Shown here piece by piece: positions 51,614 to 63,043 of a stretch of DNA of 64,000 bases; within the stretch, counting starts at the first letter, position 1, and the number at the start of each line of letters is the position of its first letter. The position numbers and the translations under genes are program-made. The notes below the pieces were generated by a model. It did no database searches. It worked only from the letters and a program-made list of their open reading frames with translations, and had not been told where the DNA came from. Source of the DNA: Octopus sinensis (lineage: Eukaryota); NCBI RefSeq assembly GCF_006345805.1, contig NC_043003.1:91884001-91948000 (forward strand), given 5' to 3'.

Positions 51614-51649
51614 ATGAAGGAATCCCTAATCTTCATCCCATATTAAGTA
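51614..51649 (+). CDS. VCL: Candidate 36-nt cassette micro-exon in vinculin hinge: (D)EGIPNLHPILS
   Basis: Long T-rich tract and atttcag acceptor; GTAAGA donor at 51650; open in phase 1; length divisible by 3. Confidence 0.45.
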
Positions 51650-51659
51650 GTAAGACATG

Positions 51660-53030
51660 TCGGGGATATCCGGGCAAGAGAGTTTGGAAATAGCTTGAGA
51701 ATTTATTTACTTTCAAGTATGATGAGTCGCACAACTTATTGGATCATAGTCACTTTTGAGCAGATTGTCTTCATACAGCATATCTTATGAAACCCATAAA
51801 TTATAGCTAATATAACTCACCAATACAAGCTACTAAATCACAGAATGATCTAGTTGAGTAACCTTTGGGATACCATGAAAAGACCAGTGAGAGCCATTTT
51901 CAAACAAAAGCCAAAGAGAATGAGGTGTAGGAGGTGAAACAAATCTTTCAAGATTGAGTTGAGGACTGTGGTGGAGGACTTGGGAGATATGAGCATAACT
52001 GGGCCTGGGAGCAAACTCACAACAGGACTTTCAGCGATGCTGGGTGGAGATCTTGTCATCCAGTCCAGTACTACATGGAGAGCAGGAGGGATTAAAAATA
52101 GGAAAAACTACTAATTTTAGAGTCTTCAAGCTATAAACTGTATTTACTTTTAGTAGATTGCTGAACTTGAGGAAACATGAATGTGTGATATTGTATCCAA
52201 GGAAGAAATCATTGCATATATTTATTTTGTTTTATGTGACTATGGACAAGTGAGCCAATAGTTTCCTAACTTCAGCTAAGTTTTGTTTCCCATGATGAAT
52301 TTAAAAAAAAAATTTGTACTTAATATTTTTTTGAATGCATGTAGCATGGTGTTGAAAATGAGAAATTCCATAATTTTTTCTTTTATCATATTATTTCAGA
52401 AGTATGTTTAATTAATAACTCATTCTGTTTATGTAAAACGTTTATCTCTCATGATATTTCAATTGAGCAAGCCTTTTACAATAATTATTAATGCTTAATA
52501 CATAGTAAAATAATAATAGTAGAATGTAAACATATATACAAACTCATGTACATGGACCTTATAGGGAAAGGTGCAAAGGCTAAGCGTACTGAAGTGTACT
52601 TTCAATATTCCTGGTAATATTTGTTCATTTTTAAGTATGATGACTCTCACAATCTATTGGGTCAGAGTCACCTCTGATTTTAATCTCCATGCAGCATATC
52701 TTATGATACACATAAACTATAGCCAATGTAGTCACTTGTCAACACAAGCTACCAAATCATGGAATGAGCCAGTTGAATAACCTACAGGATACCATCACTC
52801 TAGAATGGTAGAATATGCTCATTTATGTGGTACACATGTCCATGAACAGATCAGTGGTAGGCTGTTTCAAATGGAAGCAAGACAGGGAGTGCAGGAAGTG
52901 AAACAGATCTCTCAAGATAAGGTTAAGGACTGTGGAAGAAGACCTTGTTGGTATGGGTGTAACCTAGCCTGGAAGCAGGCTCATAACATGTAGAGTTTGC
53001 AACCATGCTGATAACTCTTGTCATTCAGCT
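51660..53030 (-). mobile_element. Two diverged CR1-type reverse-transcriptase fragments covering the same segment (about 51660-52070 and 52560-53030)
   Basis: Mutual similarity (aagtatgatga, cagcatatcttatga, gtgaaaca.atct.tcaagat, aggactgtgg). Minus translation SPVVSLLP...TTVLNSILKDL...GIPKV resembles RPIALL...VIN..L...DISKAFD. Confidence 0.5.
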
Positions 53031-53328
53031 GGTAATAATTAGTAGATTATTAATCAATTTCTGTTTATTTTCATGCCAATAAATAATTACTTATAGTCCT
53101 TTATTTGGCTAAAGACAGTCATGTATAGAGGACTTATAATAATTTGTAAATGAAACAAAAATCTTTTTGGGTACTCAAGCAATATTTTCAAAACCTGATT
53201 GTGGTTAACAGTAAAAGAAAAGAAAAAAAAAATTTAATATCCTTGTTGCATTTATATATTCTTAATTATGACAAGAATTTCAAGGGTGACAGGTTGCCTG
53301 TAAACTATAAGTTAGGTCTCTTGTCTCA

Positions 53329-53370
<42 letters not shown>

Positions 53371-54313
53371 ATATATATAAACTTTTCTGTAATTATATTA
53401 ATTGTATAACTTTTCTGTTTTCATTATTAATATCTGATATTTCACCTGTGTCTCTTCTTTCTTACTATTGTATATCAATCATCAAATCTGTTTTACAATG
53501 AATGACTCTGGCTAATATATTGAAACCCTTCTGCTTTGAGAAATATTTGAATGTTTCAGATACTGGTTTACTGATTTTGTTTGTTTTGCTTTCATTTCTT
53601 ATCTATAAATATATATATATATACACACACATATACACACACACACAAACATGCACACAGATATGTATTTTATATATATTATACATTATACATATCTATA
53701 TGTGTGTGTGTGTGCTTGTGTGTTACTTCACATTTATCTAATGCATATGTTTAAAGTACATATACACAATGACTAGAAGGCTATGATAATTCATATAAAA
53801 GATAGCATTTAATGATATAAATAACTCCTGGCTATCTCATCAAAAATTATAAGAAGACAATAATGTTTTATGCATATAAATGTATACAAAAAAAAAAGAA
53901 GAAAAAGAAAGATATTCCTTCTTTCTCTCTGTACAGAATTAAAAATATTACTATTTAATGTTAATTTATTTTAATTTAAAACAAGCTGGTCCACCAGTAT
54001 TTTAAGTTAGAGCAATATCATTCTTTTTTCTTTCTTATATCCTGAACTATGCATTAGATAAAATTGAAAATATGCTGTTCTTGCAAATGGTATTAACACT
54101 TAAGCATATTTCAAAGTATTTTTAATACCATTTGCATCTACGATATAATGATTACTGCAGAATGGTTTGCATTCTTCATGTATTCATGTTTTCAATGTTT
54201 AAAATAACTTTCCTTGTGTGACAGGGTTTCAAACCCTCCCTACCTTTTTTCATTGAAAATTCATTAAATATTGATATTTCTCTTGTTTATTTCAAACAGT
54301 GTTTCTTCTTACA

Positions 54314-54314
<1 letters not shown>

Positions 54315-54387
<73 letters not shown>

Positions 54388-54526
54388 CATATCTACCTAT
54401 CTATCTATCTATCTACATATCTACCTATCTATCTATCTATCTATCTATCAACCTACCTACTTATCTATCGATCAATCAATCGATAGATAGATAATTTAGA
54501 TAGATAGATAGATAGATAGATAGATA
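54315..54526. repeat. (TCTA)n array followed by an inverted (TAGA)n array
   Basis: Directly visible; switch point at 54462-54489. Confidence 0.95.
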
Positions 54527-57057
54527 CACACACACACAACATAGATGAATGATAAATTCATACACATATGTTTATAGATACATACACACACACACGTATA
54601 TCATCATCATTTAATGTCTGTGTTCTATGTTGGCATGGGTCAGGTGCTTTGACAGGATCTGACAAGGAGCCAGACTACATTGAGCTTCAATATCAGCTTT
54701 GGCATGGTTTCTATTGCTGGATGCTCTTCCTAATGTCAATCACTTTACAGTGTGTAGTGGGTGTTTTTTTGTAACACTGACACTAGTGGAGTTGCAAGAC
54801 AAACAAAAAACACCCCCCACCTTCCTGCAACAGAGTAGGAATCAACAGCCAGCTTTGTGCCAGGTGTTGACAGGCTAAAGTATGATGCAGACACACATAC
54901 ACAAAACCAAGAAGCAATATATGGTATATTTATTCAGTGTGGATATATACTATTTGAATTTGTTAGGCCTAAGGATGGTGAATTTGATTAAAATCTTTTT
55001 CTCAAGATATCTTCTTCTGTGAGAGGGTTCATAAATACATACACACAGGCCCACATATATAATCATGTATAATTATTTACAATTATTTCTCATCTGATAA
55101 TCATTTGAAACACTTCCTCTTCATTAAGGCATTTTATCATAAACATCCTTGCAAACAGGGTGGGAGGTGGCATTAGGAAGGGCATCTAGCCATAGAAAAT
55201 TGTAATTAATCTTGTTGGATTTCTGCAAGCATGGAAAGGTAAACATCAAAGTGATGATGATGATGGTAATGATGATGCATTATGGAAGAGAGCGCAATGG
55301 TCTTGAAGGATCATTGTAAAATGTTCACTCACAAATTTTGTTTTGGTTGTACCATGTAGAAAGCACTGGTGCTGATGCCATGTAAAAATCACCCTGTACA
55401 CTCTGTGGAGTGGTTGGTGTTAGGAAGGGCATCCAGCCATAGAAACCAAGTCAAAGCAAACTACGGAACTTGGTGTGGCCCCTGGCCTTGACAATTCCTG
55501 TCAAGCAACCCAACCCATGCCAGCGTGGAAAATGGATGTTAAATGTTGATGATGATGAGGGTATATATAGAAACCATGAACTAGATACGTGCTAGTGAGA
55601 TATTTTTATAAATACAGTTATTTTTATATCTGCAACATACAATAATAATCAACCTGACCATAATCATATAATACAACTAAGATTTTACGCAAATAATTAA
55701 TAATTATTTTACTATCATACATGGTTGATAATTTATGATATTGCTTCAAAGGTTAAAATTTTATATAAATTCTGTGATTTCTGTGGTTAAGAATGTAACT
55801 GCCTCACACAATACATTTTGACTGAAACTAATTTCCTCATGGCTGGAGGGAATTCATATGGATTATTCTGAATGGTTCCCTCTACAGCATAAATCTGCTG
55901 AAGTAAGCTGATCAGAACTGCTTAGCAAGAACAAACAACTGCAACTGCAAAAGAATAAATTGCCCTCTCACTGTATTTGAACTGTTACTCTGTACATTCT
56001 AAACTTTCTAGTGTAATACTCATAGATTATTAAATAGCATACCAATCATGATATGGAAGATCTTGATTTGCTTTTATTAAAGTATTTTTTCAAATATTAT
56101 TAACTTCTATTTTGGTATGTGAATATTTTGTATGTTTTCAGGAACACTGGTACTTTTATTCTGCACTTGCTTCATACTCACAAATGAGTTCTTTTTTTCT
56201 TTTTTTTTTATCCTGTTTCCTTCCCTCTTATTTTGTATTCAATTCATTACTTTCAACTTACTAATTGTACTTAATTATTATTTATTTCATAATCATTTGT
56301 TTTTTGTTTTTTTTGTAACTATTTTCCAAATTATTTTTATAACTTAATAATGATAATATTAAAAGTAAAAAAGCAAACTGCACGATATCAATTAATTGCT
56401 AAGATTTTAATCTGAATCATATTAGGTATAATTAGTACAAAAGTAGAAAATTTAGACAGAAATGAGCAACAGACCTACTGACAAGGTATCTGCTACACAT
56501 ATTTTCCTTGTGTGCTGCTCTTTCTGTCCCAAATTTGTGTTTATAATGTCTAATGGTCAGCTGTGAAGTATATTAAAAATTTGATCTTTCTTTAAATAAA
56601 AATTATAGTAACTAAAATTTTGTATGTATGCTAAATATGAGCACAAATTTATATATTAATAACTGAAAGGCCAACGTGTACAAGCTACTGATCACTTCTG
56701 TTGATACAGACACCTGTAAGGTAGAGGTAGTAGAATAGTGCAGGAAAAAGAAGTCTGTAAATGCTAAGAGATAATCATGATAAGCATGGGAAAAAGGGGA
56801 GAATTAGAAATAATACTCATAAACAAGGTAGGAAGCAAGTTGATGTAACAAACCATGAGATAATCTGAGATAGGAAATTTTTCTAATATTCTGCACTGTG
56901 AGAATTCGAAATTTGCAGTGTTCCTAACTTCACAGTAGTGAATTGGTATAAAGTAGTATGTCACCAAAGAGAAATGTGTCTGAAAAGAGCTATGTTAATC
57001 ACATGTTAGTTATTCAATTAATTAGGTAGTACAGTATGACATTATCATTCTTAATAT

Positions 57058-57349
57058 CTAGTTAAGCAGATCAGGCCGAAAATGTCGCTAGAAGCTAGGA
57101 TCACCAAGCATAGATTCGCATATTTTGGTCATATTATGCGGAGAAAATCCTTGGAGAAGGACATCATGCTCGGAATGGTCAGTGGCAAGAGAGGGAGAGG
57201 CCGACTAAGAACCCGCTGGCTTGACACCATCAAGAGTGATACCGGAATGGACATAGCCAATCTGAAAGAAGCGGCCCAGGATAGAACTGACTAGAGGACA
57301 CTGATCCATCTAGTAACCGAGAGTCGACTTCGACTGAGTGGATAGAGAG
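57058..57349 (+). mobile_element. 5'-truncated RTE (BovB-like) LINE 3' end
   Basis: LVKQIRPKMSLEARITKHRFAYFGHIMRRKSLEKDIMLGMVSGKRGRGRLRTRWLDTIKSDTGMDIANLKEAAQDRTD*RTLIHLVTESRLRLSG*; a single TAG where Trp is expected. Confidence 0.9.
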
Positions 57350-58021
57350 AGTAGAGCTGTATTGTTAAGTGCTAAAAGATTTTAATGCGTTGGGGAAAAG
57401 CTATTATAGAAGGCCTGAAACTGATGGACAAAAATTTCAAAGTAGCTGAGAGAGTTTTCAGCAATGTGGGTTATAAATATGATTACCCTGCATAAAATGT
57501 TAAAAACATTTTAGTAAAGTCACTAAATGAGATGTTTGGCCAATTGACTGTAACATAATTTCGTATATGACAGATATACAAGGAGTCGTTAGCAGTAAAT
57601 ACAGATATGAGACCAAGTCCATGATCAAACTCAGCTGACATGCTAGATGTGGTTGAGAGTTTCTGTTACACATGTGATATAATTTTTGCTACATGTAAAT
57701 ATTGCAAATAGTTATTAGAGTAAGGAAAGAAGGTAGGATTGTTGTCGAGAGAGATATTACTTATAGCATTCAAAGATTAGAAAGGATAGGTAACAAATGA
57801 CCGAGACATATCAGTAATATACTTTGCAGCAGAAGTGTTCGAACTATGCCGACATTAAAAGCAGAAGATAAGGACAATAACAATCAGGAGTAACTTGATG
57901 AAATGTCAATATTAATGTAATTCTAAACTTTGGCTGCTTCTGTATTTCATTACTGTTACACTTGAGTTCATATAAATACATATATCCAGGCATATCTATA
58001 GAGATACACATAGCCAGCCAA

Positions 58022-58061
<40 letters not shown>

Positions 58062-58162
58062 GGATACACACACAAGCATACATACATATACATTGTTGAG
58101 CACTTTCCCCTTTCCTATTCCCTTTGTATGTGTATGTATTTTTGTGTACATCTGTATATCAG

Positions 58163-58201
<39 letters not shown>

Positions 58202-58209
<8 letters not shown>

Positions 58210-58582
58210 ATATTTTGGAATGGTCATTTTGCCAGTTTAGCCAATAAAAACACACGCACTATATATTTGGTGTTATTTTTCTTCAGTGTTATTTATTTTT
58301 TACATTAATCTTAATCTTATTTCGGCCAGAGTTCTTTCGAAACACTCCTGTATTAGAAATACAAAATGGCTGACGGTTAGTAAGGAGAGACACAAATAAG
58401 TAAGAAGAAAACAAATGACCACTGATGCGGTCACAGCGGTGTGACAAAAGAACTCTGGCAGAAATAAGATTAAGATTAATGTAAAAAATAAATAACACTG
58501 AAGCAAAATAACACCAAATATATAGTGCGTGTGTTTTTATTGGCTAAACTGGCAACATGACCATTCCGAAATATAACAATAT
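58202..58582. mobile_element. Foldback/MITE-like element with 136-bp terminal inverted repeats and a 109-bp spacer
   Basis: 58202-58337 matches the reverse complement of 58447-58582 at 132/136 by manual alignment; (TA)n on the left. Superfamily not assignable. Confidence 0.9.
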
Positions 58583-58618
58583 CTGTTTCAACACACGACT
58601 TCACATAAAAAATCTTGC

Positions 58619-58624
<6 letters not shown>

Positions 58625-58662
<38 letters not shown>

Positions 58663-58737
58663 GTATGTATGTATCTGTGTGTGTATATATATATGTGTGT
58701 GTGTGTGTATATATATATATGTGTGTATATATATATA

Positions 58738-58777
<40 letters not shown>

Positions 58778-58835
58778 GTGTATATATATATGTGTATATA
58801 TATGTATATATATATATATATATATGTATAAATAA
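58625..58835. repeat. Long TA/TG low-complexity tract; similar tracts at about 7780-7830, 11745-11780, 43855-43935, 44165-44320, 53335-53380, 62995-63045
   Basis: Directly visible. Confidence 0.95.
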
Positions 58836-59456
58836 TAATAATAATAATATAAAGGGTAAAATCATAAATGATTTTTACCAAGTGGCCAGTGTCTATTTTT
58901 CAGTGTTTGGTGAGGCGCAAGCCAAGCCCTTGTTATAATTCTATATATATATATATATATATTGATGTGCTTACATCAATATATATGTTCACATATGTGC
59001 ATATGTATATACACAATATCTTACCCATAACTACAAGTTGAACAAAATACAAGTTTTGTTGGATATATTGTTAGGGATAAAACTTTATATATGCATGTGT
59101 GCGTACTCATACACACATGTATTTAATACTTTCGTTGGTAGTAACTTCAAAGTTTGGCCTTAAATGTTTTAATAATAATATTTTAATAAATTATATACTA
59201 CATAGCATTATAAAACAACATCAATAATTATAATTATTATTATTATTGTTGTTGTTATTATTATTATTATTGCAACAATAATCTAAAACTTACTTTTCCA
59301 GTGTATCTTGTAAAATAAAGTAGTAAATGTAAATAAACAAAATTTAAAAAATACATTCACAACAAAATGTTTTTCCAATGAATTTAATAAATTGTTTTTA
59401 TTAATTTTAATATTTTTCTTTTCATTTCATAAATTTGATTTGGTTACTTTTTACAG

Positions 59457-59501
59457 TCCCTGATCAACATGCTATGGATGGAAGAAGTGAGGTCCTAGAA
59501 G
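59457..59501 (+). CDS. VCL: Candidate 45-nt cassette micro-exon in vinculin hinge: (V)PDQHAMDGRSEVLE
   Basis: Pyrimidine tract and tttttacag acceptor; AG|GTATTT donor; phase 1 to 1, stop-free; balanced composition within very AT-rich flanks. Confidence 0.6.
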
Positions 59502-59571
59502 GTATTTTAGTAAAAAACTAATCTATGTTTTACTTGCACTAATCTATGTACCTGATGAGGTGTGTGTGTAC

Positions 59572-59615
<44 letters not shown>

Positions 59616-60962
59616 ATTCCAACATACTTATATAGTTATCTACATAAATGCATGTGTAGAAACTCCATCAAATTGATACTCACATGCAAAAGGAACCATA
59701 TGGAATGAAACATCTGTATGTCATTGGATTAAACTGGCTTATGCTTGTACATGTGTTCCACTCTCTAAATATCAGTAACTGAAATCTAGTGACAAGCATT
59801 GCAAGATGACTGAAATCAAACAAGCAGTTGGTGTAGCTGCCAGAGTACCTTCTCTTAGACTTTTCCCATCAGAGATTTGAACAAAGCATATTTACACACA
59901 ACTGGATAACTGTTGACTCTCAGGAGTTCATTCTCACTTTAACAGGCCTTGTTTTTTGATCCTGCAACATCATCATTTAACGTTTGCTTTCCATACTGTC
60001 ATAAGTTGGACAGTTTGACTGAGGACTGATGAGCCAGAGGCTGCACCAGGCTCAATCTGATCTGGCAAAGTTTCTACAGCTGGATGCCCTTCCTAACACC
60101 AACCACTCTGAAAGTGTAGTGGGTGCCTTTTACATGCCATCAGCACGAGGGCCAGTCAGGTGGTTCTGGCAATGACTATGCTCAAAAGGTTTTTTTACAT
60201 GCTACCTGCATGGGAGCCAGTCTGGTGGCACTGGTAATGACCATGCTCAAATGTTGTTTTTCACGTGACACTGGCACATGTGCCAGTAAGGCAACATTGG
60301 CAATGATCACGTTCCTCACCAAGCAGGCTGATGGAGTTGTCACTGACAAACCAGTCATACAAGTGGTCCTAGATTACACACACAAAAGTGCATGAATAAA
60401 TACATTTCTTAGATATCAGTTGTATTATTGTTATGCACTCAGTCTTAGAATTAATTTTTGAACTGATAACCAAACTCTAACAAGATTACTTACTGGGACA
60501 ATCTTTTTCAGTTATGTTGAGAGAGAAAATTGAAACTCTCTCTATTTTGTTTTTGTTCTTTTAAATAATTTAATGAGGATTTCTCTAAATTCAATTTTTG
60601 TTTTGTTAAAACTTTTTCTGTAAATTTCAATGTTTATCAATTAATTGTTATTAATAATGATCATTATAATTCTTATTGTTACCAACATTTGATTGCTATT
60701 ACAATTATACGGAGTTACTAATTATCTGTTTCATTTAATTTTGTTTTTTCTTCCTTTTTCTATAGTTTAATTTGTTAATTGGATAAAATAATTTAAAACA
60801 AATTTATCACAAAATATTCTTTCACCGAATGAATTCATTAATCAGTATGTTTGTTGTTGTTGTGTGTATATATGTTACATATTATTTGTGTTGATGTTTG
60901 ATATTGCGTTTCTTTTTGCTATTAATATTGCACTTCAATTTGCTGACTCCATTCATTTGCAG

Positions 60963-61082
60963 CTACCGTACAGAGGGAACAACATTACGCTCCAGAGCAG
61001 AAGAGTCCCATGTTTGTTCCTCCTCCCCCAGTGCTGCCACCACCACCACAGGATAGCTACAATTATGGATATGATTACAGAG
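60963..61082 (+). CDS. VCL: Candidate 120-nt proline-rich cassette exon in vinculin hinge: (A)TVQREQHYAPEQKSPMFVPPPPVLPPPPQDSYNYGYDYR
   Basis: CTGAC branch point at 60943-60947 and tttgcag acceptor; AG|GTTCTT donor (weak); phase 1 to 1; two PPPP runs. The ORF track shows a different frame. Confidence 0.75.
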
Positions 61083-62765
61083 GTTCTTTAGCACTTAGTG
61101 TTCCTTAGAATGGCCTGAGTGTGATGTTTGCATGTTAGCTCTTTCAAAATTCTTTCTTACTAAAACTGGCATACTCATTTTGAAAAAAAAAAAATTCTTT
61201 TGAAATTACCTTTCAAGCAAAAAATGAATTAACTACCCCCCCCCCCCATCAGATCCCTTTTTATTACTTCTACTACCATTATTACTCTTACTACTATTAC
61301 TGCTGTTGCTACCTTAACCTGTGCTCCTTTTTCCTCAAAATTTGTGCTCAAGTAATTCTTTGGAATTCCTTTACATCTTTGAAATTATTTCCATTTTTCT
61401 CATTACTTTTTGTCTTTAAACAATCTTTTTATTTTTTCCCCAATTTTTAGTTTAATTCATAGAATGACAGAAGTAAATTTCATTGACAGGGCAAAATAAT
61501 GAATCATAATATATTCCATTTACCAACTGAAGCTCATACATGTTTTGTGACTGAGTACACAAGATGTGAATTTACATACTTGCTAGATCTATAGTTTGCT
61601 GTCAGTGCTGCACTCATCTTTTAGAACAAGCACTGCTCATTTACATGTTTAGTAGTCCTTAAGATATGAATCTACCTACTTCAGTCTCTCTGAACTTAGG
61701 CCTATAGTTTGCTATCAGAGCTGCACTCATCTTTTACAGTGAGCATCATTCATATACATGTTCGGTGGTTGAGTGCTTATGATATGAATCTGCCTATTGC
61801 AGTCTCAAATCATAGGAAAAATAAAAAGAGTTTATATTTATCCATAAATATCTTCTAGAACATCTGCATATTCTAAATCCCAGTTTCTTCGTGTAAATGC
61901 AATTGCCTAACTTAGTTGTGTGGTATGGTTGCCAAAATACTTCCCAAGTGAAATGGTGGAACCTCCCTTCTTCTAGGTTTTATTTTACATAACCAAACTG
62001 TATGGATAGGTAACTAATACTAGTTCCATTTAATAGTTGAGTATTTAACCTTTAAAATACATGCATAAAAAATTTATCCTCATCATCATATCCCCCTTAC
62101 CATGCTTGCAATAGAAGGCACTTGTCCAAGGTACAATGCAATGGAACTAAACCTGGAACCATGTGGTTGACAAGCAAACTTCTTAACTAGATAGCCATGC
62201 TTGGAAATGATTCGCTTCATTTTCCAGTTTTTTGTATTTACTATTTGCTCTCAAACCATTTATAGATTTCTTGGTTTCTCCTATTTCATCTGTCAAAATT
62301 AATAGTAGCTTTAATTATGTTTTGAAATTGAAATAATGGGGATAATATTTAAGTAGTCTTTTTTACTAACCAGATGATGTTATCCCTGAAGGGGATATAG
62401 TTTTTACAAGATAGTGTAGAAATCACTACTTCTACCATCACTCTCTCTCAAGAAAAGCAGACTAAAGATATAAAGCTATAGGTGACTTATAAACATTTCA
62501 AAGATGTTGATAAATCTAATTGATCAATCCATTAAATATTTTTCTGTTCTTAAGAGGGCGTGTCCCATAACACTGAGAATGAATAATATATATAATGTCA
62601 GTACAAGACATGTTGTTATATGATATTATCTTGCATGTTAGTGTACATCAGAATAGAATTCTATATAGATATAATAGAACTCTTCTTACTTACAAAAAGT
62701 GTATAGGTACATCAAAAGAGGTGATGTCAATTCAGTTATTGACTGCTTTATGTGTGTGTGTGTGT

Positions 62766-62804
<39 letters not shown>

Positions 62805-62997
62805 AAATACTGTTTTGCATGTTGGAGAATACATCAGACTTAGAATTGTATATAGATATGGTGTAACTCTTTACCCTCACACATATTGGGATGTGTACTG
62901 AGAAGTTATATCAATAACAATATACTTAATTATAAATAGTAGTTGAATTTGGTATGTCTCACATATTATACCAAAACATTTATTACACATTATATAT

Positions 62998-63043
<46 letters not shown>

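Noticed and set aside
55888-55902. 15-nt micro-exon with GTAAGC donor
   Set aside because: Phase 1 gives an immediate TAA.
56142-56149. 8-nt micro-exon (ttttcag|GAACACTG|gtactt)
   Set aside because: Not frame-preserving after a phase 1 intron, and no compensating partner exon was found.
58476-58881. Long YI/IY-rich ORFs, also at 43806-44302, 54271-54490 and 16877-17250
   Set aside because: Products of TA, TCTA and CTGT microsatellites that lack stops in some frames.
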